From a virus, in the IMG/VR virus record IMGVR_UViG_3300046376_000226, positions 10,556 through 74,555 of that record: a stretch of 64,000 nucleotides of DNA; one strand, written 5' to 3'. Shown here in pieces: positions 1-7,405 of this stretch. A model generated the notes under the pieces. It saw only the letters and a program-made list of their open reading frames with translations. It made no database searches and had not been told where the DNA came from. Numbering within the stretch: the first letter of the stretch is position 1; every line of letters starts with the position of its first letter. A program made the position numbers and the translations under genes.

Positions 1-531
1 GTCAACCAGGGCGAACAGGTCCTTGCGGTACGCTTCAACCTGGAAAATGTCGGAAAGCTTTTTGCCGTCAGAGCGAAACGGGGTTGCCGTAATGCCGCAG
101 CGTTTAGCGCTGGTGAAATGCTCGAAGATGCGCCTCCAGCTGGCTGCCACCGACATATGGCATTCGTCAGCGAAAATGTAAGAGAAGTGATCGCGCGGCC
201 AGCGTTCCAGGCGTTTCTTTCTGGATAGGGTCTGGACACTTCCAACGACTACCTGGGCGTCCAGAGGCGCGAAAGAGTCGGCTTTTTCCAGAGCAGGCAC
301 ATAACCCAGTTGATCGCGGAAAGCCGCCATCGGCTGGGTACAAAGTTCGTTGCGGTTAGCAAGGAACAGGATGCGGCCAGCGCCGTTTTTTTGGACATAG
401 GCGCTGGTCCCGGCTGCGATCAGGGTCTTGCCACCTCCGGTAGCAACTACCGCGATACAATGCTCGCCTTTTTTCCAGGCTGCGAGGATGGCAATTGCCG
501 CCTCGGATTGGTATGGTCGGAATACCTTCAT
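1..531 (-). CDS. Superfamily II (DEAD/DEAH-box) helicase, N-terminal part; runs off the window edge
   Basis: Not in the ORF track; translated by hand from ATG at 531: MKVFRPYQSEA (Q motif)...VATGGGKT (Walker A)...ILFLANRNEL (Ia)...FADECH (DExH)...GITATPFR (III). Confidence 0.92.
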   Translation of the reverse strand, partial: MKVFRPYQSEAAIAILAAWKKGEHCIAVVATGGGKTLIAAGTSAYVQKNGAGRILFLANRNELCTQPMAAFRDQLGYVPALEKADSFAPLDAQVVVGSVQTLSRKKRLERWPRDHFSYIFADECHMSVAASWRRIFEHFTSAKRCGITATPFRSDGKKLSDIFQVEAYRKDLFALVD

Positions 532-584
532 ATACGTGCCTGTAGTATCGCACCTGCTCTTTTGAAAAGCAAGTGCGAAATCAT

Positions 585-657
585 CAGGCCGGGAAGGATT
601 CGAACCTTCAGTCGGCGGTTTTGGGGACCGCTGCTTTCCCTGTTAAGCTACCGGCCT
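585..657 (-). tRNA. tRNA-Trp (CCA)
   Basis: Cloverleaf AGGCCGG/CCGGCCT acceptor, GCTT/AAGC D stem, GCGGT-CCCCAAA-ACCGC anticodon arm, GAAGG-TTCGAAT-CCTTC T arm, discriminator G; 3' CCA not encoded. Confidence 0.85.
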
Positions 658-826
658 TTCCATCTTTTCCATCTTTCTTAGCCCAGCGGGCCCGGGCCGC
701 TTTCCGGGCTTGCGCCGGGGTCCGGCCCTTGGTGCCCTTCTTACCCATTAGCGCTGCGCCCTGGGAAATGACCCAGTTATCTTTGAGTATTTTATTGCAG
801 TGCGGGCACCGGCTCATGGGCTCCAT
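608..826 (-). CDS. Small basic protein with CxxC
   Basis: CPHC motif and basic C-terminus (ARKAARARW); 3' end overlaps the tRNA. Confidence 0.5.
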   Translation of the reverse strand: MEPMSRCPHCNKILKDNWVISQGAALMGKKGTKGRTPAQARKAARARWAKKDGKDGKAGSLTGKAAVPKTAD

Positions 827-1157
827 CTCCCTCTATGGTGGCGACCTGGGCCGCTTCTTCCTGGTCGATCGCGCCTAAATCCACGGTAAGCCCGGGCACC
901 GGTTTAATGCTTTCCTCGAGCCCTTTCACGTCCAAAAAGAACCCGCGCCGCTCGTGGTCTTTGTTCCCGACTTCGATGCCGGTCCGTTTCCAGAACCGCA
1001 CTACCGCGTAGTCTTTTACCCGGACAATCATCTGGCTATTGCGCCAGCCGATCACTTCTGCCTGGTACTCCTTCACAGAAGCCGGTTCGGGTACCCGGTC
1101 AATCCAGCGCACCGTGACCCGTAAAGCGTGGCCGATCGCGAGATCTTGATGGTTCAT
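792..1157 (-). CDS. Hypothetical protein
   Basis: ATGA-type overlap with the upstream ORF; protein-like composition. Confidence 0.6.
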   Translation of the reverse strand: MNHQDLAIGHALRVTVRWIDRVPEPASVKEYQAEVIGWRNSQMIVRVKDYAVVRFWKRTGIEVGNKDHERRGFFLDVKGLEESIKPVPGLTVDLGAIDQEEAAQVATIEGDGAHEPVPALQ

Positions 1158-2047
1158 GCTAGCGCCGCCAGCCCGATTTGCACCACCACTTTCTCGTCCA
1201 GGTAATCGATAGCCAGGTTGCCGCCCCGGGCCTCGGCCCGCTCAATGACCTTACCGAATGGGGTGGCTGGTCCGATGGCTTGGGACTCAAAGCCCAGGGC
1301 TTTAGCAATGCTCCAGCGTTGCTCGATCAGGTAATAGGCCAGGCTCGCCACTAAATCGTCGTCTTGCTCGGCCCACTTAAGCAGGTCGCGTTCGCTGATC
1401 GGTACTCGCAGGTAACGAATGGCGTCAGCCGCCTCGTCTCCGGCCAGCCGCCGGATCCGTTCCAATGCCGCTTCGCCTTCCTCGGTAAAAGTGACCTCAT
1501 CGGGTACCCGTTTCTTGCCACTGCCGGTGGCAGGCGCGGCCGCTTTTTCGCCGTTAGCGTCCCCTGAGTCCAGGTCCAGGTCGGTCTTTACCCCGGTGCG
1601 TTCCTTGGCGGCCGCTTTAGCCTGGGCGTCCTCGATCTGGTCGACAATGGCTCGGACGCCCCGGCTGGTTAGAGGCTGGCTCCGGCGCGCCTGGGCGTCC
1701 AGGATCTGGCCCCAGACCTCAGTCTGGCGTTCGGCATCCAGGCGGCTCAGCTCGGCGGCCATACTCTCGTTATCGGGCAGCGCCAGGCCCGCTTTTTTAA
1801 TGCGGTCGACGGTCAGCGAGATCCCGATGATTCGCTCGGTTGAGCGCGGCTCGAAGGGGAGTGTGGCCGTGATATAGTCAGCCCAGGCTTCGTAGCCCCG
1901 CTCTTCATAGAGCTTCTCGCTTTTGATCTTATAAAGCTCGCGCCCAATAGCGACCGTTGCGTCCTGGGTCCGTTTCAGGTTGGTGGCGATCTTCAGCTCG
2001 CATTGCTCGAGTGCCAGCAAACGTTCTTTGGAGGTAAGTTCTTTCAT
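1154..2047 (-). CDS. Hypothetical helical, probably DNA-binding phage protein
   Basis: 297 aa; IGRELYKIKSEKLYEERGYEAWADY resembles N-termini of phage HTH/ParB-associated proteins. Confidence 0.65.
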   Translation of the reverse strand: MKELTSKERLLALEQCELKIATNLKRTQDATVAIGRELYKIKSEKLYEERGYEAWADYITATLPFEPRSTERIIGISLTVDRIKKAGLALPDNESMAAELSRLDAERQTEVWGQILDAQARRSQPLTSRGVRAIVDQIEDAQAKAAAKERTGVKTDLDLDSGDANGEKAAAPATGSGKKRVPDEVTFTEEGEAALERIRRLAGDEAADAIRYLRVPISERDLLKWAEQDDDLVASLAYYLIEQRWSIAKALGFESQAIGPATPFGKVIERAEARGGNLAIDYLDEKVVVQIGLAALA

Positions 2048-2059
2048 GCCCTTGGGTTC

Positions 2060-3235
2060 CTACCATGGTTTGGCTTGCTTGTGGAATGCGATCGCGGCTT
2101 CGAACATCGCATAATCGGCGCGCTGGAGATCGTTAGCCTCATCCCAGCCTTCCCGCACCTTGGGTAACCACTGGTTCTCGATTACCTGGAGTTCGGCCTG
2201 GTTCAGCTCGGAGATTTTGCGCTTGTGATACTTCACGTGCGTTACCCCCAGGATCACATGGTCGCGCCAGGGCGGCTCCGGCGGCGCGGCAGGCGGGCTC
2301 ATATCCAGCTCGTTGTCATCGGGGCTTGGCCCCATCCGTTTCTCGGCTTTCTGCGGCTCAACTGTTTGCGGCTTAGGCGGCTCTACGGGTTTAGGGGGCA
2401 GCTCATGGACAGTAGCCGGTTGAGCTGCTTCTTCTGGGGTAGGCAACGGTTTCTCGGGTTGTAACGTGGTCATGTTAGGCGGCAGAGGCGCTTTAGCCAG
2501 CTCCGCTTCGCGTTCCCGGTTACGCCGGATCTTTTCCTCGTCCAGCCCTAAGGTCTCGGTGTCCGTCTCAGCGTCGGTGATGTTACTGTCCAGTTCTTCC
2601 CGGATATAGATGTTGGACAACTGGTCAGGGAAGGCACCGCGCAGCGCTGCTGCTTTGGCGCATTTGCCCAGCATATAGTCGTCCATCTTGGACCAGAACT
2701 CTGAGACCTCCCATTGCTTCTTTTCCTGGTTCCAGCTCTGCCCGACGTAAGCGTGCCAGCGGGCGATCCCGATCTCGGGGTGCGCCCGGTGCCGGTGATG
2801 GACGATTGCTCGAGCGGCGGCAGGCGCGTTCTCGAATAGCCATTCGGTCAGCCATTTAACTTCGCCGGTCCCTTCCTCCGGAGGACCCGCCCAGGCGATC
2901 TCGCACCCGTTGTAGTCGCCGGTCCGGGTGGCTACGGCCGTCAGGCCCATGATGCCGGTGACGATCACCAGCGTAGGCACCTTTTTCGTATTACCGTTCT
3001 CGTCGCGCACCTTTTGATAACGTCGGGTGGCATAGATCTGTTTAGTAAACGGATCCAATTTGGTACGCTGACAGACGCGGATAAAACTCTCAGCCTCGTC
3101 CTCGGGGAACTTGGCGAGCATCGTTCTTTTCAGTAACTCGACCTCTTCTTTGGACAGGAAATCGGGCATCGGGGAGAACTGTGGGGTGTAGGTTTGGGCT
3201 ATAGGATAGGATTGCTCCTGTGGGGCGAGATTCAT
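2060..3235 (-). CDS. bet: Bet/RecT-family single-strand annealing recombinase
   Basis: FIRVCQRTKLDPFTKQIY, TGIMGLTAVATRTGDYNG, MLGKCAKAAALRGAFPDQLSNIYIREE are typical Red-beta/RecT motifs; Pro-rich linker and C-terminal domain. Confidence 0.85.
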   Translation of the reverse strand: MNLAPQEQSYPIAQTYTPQFSPMPDFLSKEEVELLKRTMLAKFPEDEAESFIRVCQRTKLDPFTKQIYATRRYQKVRDENGNTKKVPTLVIVTGIMGLTAVATRTGDYNGCEIAWAGPPEEGTGEVKWLTEWLFENAPAAARAIVHHRHRAHPEIGIARWHAYVGQSWNQEKKQWEVSEFWSKMDDYMLGKCAKAAALRGAFPDQLSNIYIREELDSNITDAETDTETLGLDEEKIRRNREREAELAKAPLPPNMTTLQPEKPLPTPEEAAQPATVHELPPKPVEPPKPQTVEPQKAEKRMGPSPDDNELDMSPPAAPPEPPWRDHVILGVTHVKYHKRKISELNQAELQVIENQWLPKVREGWDEANDLQRADYAMFEAAIAFHKQAKPW

Positions 3236-4065
3236 AAGAGACCTTTGGCGTTAGCTTTCACTGATACATTGATAGAGCGTTTGACCTGGATCCCGGGCAG
3301 GGAGGGCGTGCAGTTGGGATCGATCGCTAATTGAGCCCGGACACTATCCTGGCAAGCCTGGATATTCAGTTCCCAGCGCAGGAGCCCCAGGCACCCGGCT
3401 CGGACAGTTTCGCCCAAGTTAAGCAGCTTAAACTCGAAAGGATGATCTACCCGGCCGGACGGCACCAGGCCCCGCCTAGGTTGATCCGCGCCGAGGTTAG
3501 CGACTTCCATGGCCATCTCTTTGGCTAGTTGCTCCTGGGCTGCGACTAACATCTGGGCCTGGGCCTCGGCCTGCGCTTTAATTCGAGCCGCTTCATCTAA
3601 AGCCGCCCGGGCTTTCTCCTCGGCTGCTTCCTGGGCAGCCAGAGCCGCGCGAATTTTAGCGTCATGGGCTTCTCGTTCCCGGGCCAGAGCCTCGGCGTGT
3701 TTGCGATCTTGCTCTTTCTGGCGCGCCTCCAGCTCGGCTACGTAAGCATTCAGGAGCCCCAGGATCCGTTTGTGCTCGGCGCCGACAGAGTCACCGATCA
3801 GTCGCGCCTGTTCGTTGATTTGCTCATTAATGCTTTTAAACGGTTCCTGGGCTCCCTTACGGCCTTTGTCGATTTCGTTCAGGAACGCTTTGAGCTGGCC
3901 CGCCAGCTGTTGGGCCGTGGCGAAACTGGCGCTGTCAAAGACCGACACAAACCCAGAGGTGCGATTTAGGAGTGCGTCAGCCCGCTTCTGATCCTTGGGG
4001 TTTACCCGGACCTGGACACTCTGGACGACAAGGGGTTGATCCCCATAGTACGGAGTCAATTCCAT
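3232..4065 (-). CDS. Coiled-coil phage protein next to the recombinase
   Basis: Ala/Glu/Lys-rich coiled coil ending in PGIQV; coupled to bet. Confidence 0.7.
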   Translation of the reverse strand: MELTPYYGDQPLVVQSVQVRVNPKDQKRADALLNRTSGFVSVFDSASFATAQQLAGQLKAFLNEIDKGRKGAQEPFKSINEQINEQARLIGDSVGAEHKRILGLLNAYVAELEARQKEQDRKHAEALAREREAHDAKIRAALAAQEAAEEKARAALDEAARIKAQAEAQAQMLVAAQEQLAKEMAMEVANLGADQPRRGLVPSGRVDHPFEFKLLNLGETVRAGCLGLLRWELNIQACQDSVRAQLAIDPNCTPSLPGIQVKRSINVSVKANAKGLL

Positions 4066-4074
4066 GCGTGTCCC

Positions 4075-4425
4075 TTAGGTAGTTGGCACCGAGTCGGCTT
4101 GTAAACGTTGGAACGTTTCCCAATAGTCTTCAACGGCTTGTTCCAGGACCTCGGCCTGGGCAATAATGTCCTCACGCATTGCCGGGAAATATTCATCCAG
4201 ATGCGCGCGCGCATGTTTCGCCGCGCGCAAAAGTATCGTGCGCAACCCGGCGGCCTGAGTGAAACGGAAGTAGCGACACTCCATCACCGGAGTGCATGAA
4301 CTTAAGCCTCCTACCCCTTTAATGTGATCTGCCAGGGGGGCGATAGCTCTGCGCAGCGCCGCGATTTCCTCGGGCGCATGCCGGTAAAAAATGTGCGCGT
4401 CGATGATCCTATTTTGCACGTCCAT
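4075..4425 (-). CDS. Hypothetical protein
   Basis: 116-aa ORF with AAGGAG RBS directly upstream. Confidence 0.65.
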   Translation of the reverse strand: MDVQNRIIDAHIFYRHAPEEIAALRRAIAPLADHIKGVGGLSSCTPVMECRYFRFTQAAGLRTILLRAAKHARAHLDEYFPAMREDIIAQAEVLEQAVEDYWETFQRLQADSVPTT

Positions 4426-4500
4426 CTCCTTAGGATCAATCGTAGCATGATGGGCTTAGCATGCGCAACGAAAGCATGCTTTAAGGTTAGCTTTTTTCTA

Positions 4501-4610
4501 AGCGCGCCAAGGCTAGTTGTGCGAAAGACTTACCCAGAGCCAGAGTCAACGAGAAACCCGTATCCTGAGAGCGAGCCATCCTGGTTGAAGAGACCCATGA
4601 ACGCTGAGCG
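4501..4610 (+). repeat. Orphan TIGR-like mini-array (about 2 intact units plus a degenerate one)
   Basis: GAGCCA-gagtcaacg-AGAAACCCG-tatcctgag-AGCGAGCCA-tcctggttg-aAGAGACCCA-tgaacgctg-AGCG; same repeats and 9-nt spacers as the large array, opposite strand. Confidence 0.7.
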
Positions 4611-4642
4611 TTAGCTTTTGGAGTAAAGCATGCTTTTTTGGA

Positions 4643-4906
4643 CTAAGCCAGGTACCCGTTAGCTCGAGCCCAGGCCGGTGAATCATGTATCCGGCGGTGA
4701 CAATCGGTGCAGACCGCGATCCAGTCCCCGGTCCGGTTGAGCTGGGCTCCGATCCGGCCCGCGCGATGATGGATCTGGGTGGAGCGTCGCGCGTCGCATA
4801 GCTCGCACCGGGGATGGCTAGCCAGATGCCCTTGCCGCTCTTTTGCGTACAGGCGAAGCGCCCTGGCGCGCTTGGGACTAACGTGCCGGAGGGGGACGCG
4901 TTTCAC
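4643..4906 (-). CDS. Small HNH endonuclease
   Basis: CELC...STQIHHRAGR...WIAVCTDCHRRIH zinc-binding HNH signature. Confidence 0.85.
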   Translation of the reverse strand: MKRVPLRHVSPKRARALRLYAKERQGHLASHPRCELCDARRSTQIHHRAGRIGAQLNRTGDWIAVCTDCHRRIHDSPAWARANGYLA

Positions 4907-5117
4907 TTCCGGAAGAGGCCGATATCCGGGTCAAACAGGATCCCCCAGATCCCGATCGCGATGGCCAAAAAGCCTATCCCTGCCAGGCACAACTCGGCGG
5001 CATTATTCGGTAATGGAATCATAAGCCTGAGAGTACTTGGCCGCTAGATGCATGGCTAATTCTAAAGTGAGCCGGGCCCCAGTTTCAGCAAGCCCACTAT
5101 ACTGGGTCATTCCTTCG

Positions 5118-5570
5118 TCATCCAGGTCCGGGTTGAGTTGTTGGTGGCGCAGCTGGCTTAGGTGATGGCGGGTCACCTCCGGCGCAACCGCTATCATGAA
5201 GTCCCTGACTAGTTCCAGTTGCTTGGTCGTCTCCATAGACAGGGCGAGGCATGGGCTCGTCGAGAGGTTCCCATAACGTAGCGTAGGGTTCAGGGCTAAC
5301 ATCAATCGGCGGGAAAAATTGGCAAACCCAGGCTTGGTCATCGAAGAAAAGGTCCCGTGCCTGCCGCAGGATATGGTGCCCCGGAGGCGTCGCCGTCAAA
5401 TTAGCTGAAGTGTGCCGGACTAGAAGCCTGCGCCAGCCCTCGGAGTCCGAGAGAGTTATCCACCAGATGTCGCCAGAAATGGGCACTAGGAAGTGTCCAT
5501 TCCAGCCATCCACCTCTGAGCCCCCGCGCCGCCAGCGGTTAGCTCTGATTAGCTTTTCGAGCAGGGTCAC
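5118..5570 (-). CDS. Hypothetical phage protein
   Basis: Coupled to 5567-5995; protein-like N-terminal part; tail overlaps the 5003-5341 ORF. Confidence 0.5.
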   Translation of the reverse strand: MTLLEKLIRANRWRRGGSEVDGWNGHFLVPISGDIWWITLSDSEGWRRLLVRHTSANLTATPPGHHILRQARDLFFDDQAWVCQFFPPIDVSPEPYATLWEPLDEPMPRPVYGDDQATGTSQGLHDSGCAGGDPPSPKPAAPPTTQPGPG

Positions 5571-5995
5571 TTTCTGGGCTTTACCTTTTGAATAACCTCT
5601 TTGACTGCCTTGCGTTCCGCAGGCATTAGCGCGGCCAGGTGCCGCGCCCGCCGCGCCGCCCTGGCCTCGGCCCTGGCTGCTGCCCGAGTCGCCGGATCTC
5701 CGGCTACCCCGAGCGGGTCCACATAGAGGCTGGGATCAGGTCGTTCCTCCAGAGTTTCCAGGGCTAGGAATTCTGCCCGAGTCGGCACCGGATACCGGTC
5801 CAAATGTTTTTGCAGGAACTCCCCTATATAGATACTGTCCGCACCTTCGCGCAGTCGCTTGATAGTGTCTTTTTTGAGACTGCAAGTGACATAGCCCCAG
5901 GCATCTTTATCCGGTTTGCCCTTCCTGCCTGCCCCCAGGCGTGAGCCGCCTCTCCCGTTTTTCCGTTTCTTGATCATTTTTAATTTTTTGGCCAT
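5567..5995 (-). CDS. Basic putative DNA-binding protein
   Basis: RGGSRLGAGRK (AT-hook-like GGxRxGAGRK) followed by an RHH-like segment. Confidence 0.65.
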   Translation of the reverse strand: MAKKLKMIKKRKNGRGGSRLGAGRKGKPDKDAWGYVTCSLKKDTIKRLREGADSIYIGEFLQKHLDRYPVPTRAEFLALETLEERPDPSLYVDPLGVAGDPATRAAARAEARAARRARHLAALMPAERKAVKEVIQKVKPRK

Positions 5996-6155
5996 AAAAG
6001 ATCCGATAATAAAATGTTCGTAATGCCGCTGGGTCAGTAATCGTGCCTTCCTTGCGGTTGGCTAGACGATAGCTGATTCCGCTGGAGCGTGCCTCTCTAA
6101 CCGTCGAAAGCGCGCGCCAGTCTAGCATTTGGATGAAAGCATGCTTTTTTCCCAC

Positions 6156-6362
6156 TTATCTTAGATTATTAAAAAAGGGTATGGTTGTGATCTGGTAGTT
6201 TCCCACTGGATGGGTTTCAATCCAGGTCCGGGCCGCTAGTTCGCTCGAAAAGCCGAGCATGGCGAAATAGACGCCAGGGAAAGTGGGACTTTCCCTTTCC
6301 ACCAGGTAGACGGTCTGGCAGACCGTCGCGATATCGTAGTTGAGCAGTGAATCAGTTTTCAT
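6156..6362 (-). CDS. Hypothetical protein
   Basis: 68-aa ORF downstream of the promoter at 6554-6582. Confidence 0.5.
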   Translation of the reverse strand: MKTDSLLNYDIATVCQTVYLVERESPTFPGVYFAMLGFSSELAARTWIETHPVGNYQITTIPFFNNLR

Positions 6363-6553
6363 TTTAGGAAAGTCCCGAGCAGGGTTCCCACCTGCGTCTC
6401 CCGGCGTCAGCCGGACTATTTTACGCTTTATCCCAGTCTCCGGTCGAAGGCTCCCAAGATTCTCTATTCTGCGTAGCTACTGCATTTCGATACGTCTCAG
6501 TGTTGCAACGTGCCTCGAGTCGGTGACCGGCTCAAAACTATCGGAACGCCACT

Positions 6554-6582
6554 AGCCTAAGGCCGGACATTTGAATTGTCAA
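6554..6582 (-). promoter_or_regulatory. Repeated sigma70-like early promoter, copy 1
   Basis: TTGACA-N17-TAGGCT; context conserved with five other copies. Confidence 0.7.
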
Positions 6583-6589
6583 GGGCTAA

Positions 6590-7405
6590 TCAATTAGGAG
6601 GGGGAATGATGCCGTCATGTCCCAGAACCTGCCCTACGTAAGGTCCTCTCACCGGCAGGCCGCGCGCCTTCCTACCCTCTCCCCAGTAGTGGACCAGGAA
6701 AATTTTGACGGCGCGGCGGCGCGCCTTGTTGTCGATGTGAGCGTCAGAGAGCTTACCCTCCAGTAGCCTGGTTTTCGTAACCGTGTCGTCCCGCCAGTTC
6801 TTGGTTGCGAGCAGCTCGGCCGCCGCTTTTTTGTAGTGGCCGGACTCATTGCGCCGGATCTCCTCGGCCTTGAACTCCCGATACAAGCCGCCGTAAAAAC
6901 ATTCCTCCTGCCCCGAAAATTTGACAAACGAATCGCCAATTTTCCAGCAGAGGGTCTTCAGCCGGGAGTTGTATTGCAGTTTCTCGCCTTTGATCCGGCG
7001 ATCGAAGCCGGGAGCCAAGCCCGCAAACTTCCAGAGCGCCGATGGACTGTTCGCTTTGCTAATGTCGATATGCGCGGCTAAGCCAGCTGCTAGGACCGGG
7101 CCGATACCGTACTGAGAGTAAGCCCAGCGGGATTCTACCGGCGCATCGCTCTCTACCCATTTCTGCAACTTAGCCTGGATAAGCGCCTCGCCAAAATGCA
7201 AGTACTCAAAGAACCAGGCATCGAGATCCCGTGGCTCTTCCGTTCGTTTTTTGGCGGCATGCCGTTTCCGGTGCTCCTGACAGTCGTAATATAGTTCGAC
7301 GATTCGGGCCACACTTGAGGCTTCGATTTCGTAGGCTTTTACAATCTCATTGATTAGGTCATTGCGCGCTAGTTTGACTAGTTCCTTGTGTTGTTCTTTT
7401 TTCAT
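6590..7405 (-). CDS. tasA: TIGR-associated Nop-domain RNA-binding protein without a nuclease domain (TasA type; IS110 C-terminal/Nop-like fold)
   Basis: LYYDCQEHR coiled coil; YGIGPVLAAGL (HhH-like), SALWKFAGLAPG, YNSRLKTLCWKIGDSFVK, HIDNKARRRAVKIFLVHYW, GLPVRGPY...LGH; no N-terminal RuvC/DEDD or HNH; abuts a dual-repeat array. Confidence 0.85.
   Translation of the reverse strand: MKKEQHKELVKLARNDLINEIVKAYEIEASSVARIVELYYDCQEHRKRHAAKKRTEEPRDLDAWFFEYLHFGEALIQAKLQKWVESDAPVESRWAYSQYGIGPVLAAGLAAHIDISKANSPSALWKFAGLAPGFDRRIKGEKLQYNSRLKTLCWKIGDSFVKFSGQEECFYGGLYREFKAEEIRRNESGHYKKAAAELLATKNWRDDTVTKTRLLEGKLSDAHIDNKARRRAVKIFLVHYWGEGRKARGLPVRGPYVGQVLGHDGIIPPPN

Noticed and set aside
310-681. Plus-strand ORFs over the left end
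   Set aside because: Antisense to the helicase and the tRNA-Trp
4643-4906. HNH as a trans-acting nuclease partner of TasA
   Set aside because: Only proximity to the mini-array supports it; small HNH genes are common in phages (three in this window)
6590-7405. IS110/IS1111 transposase (mobile element)
   Set aside because: Lacks the N-terminal DEDD/RuvC catalytic domain; the context is a multi-unit guide array, which fits TasA
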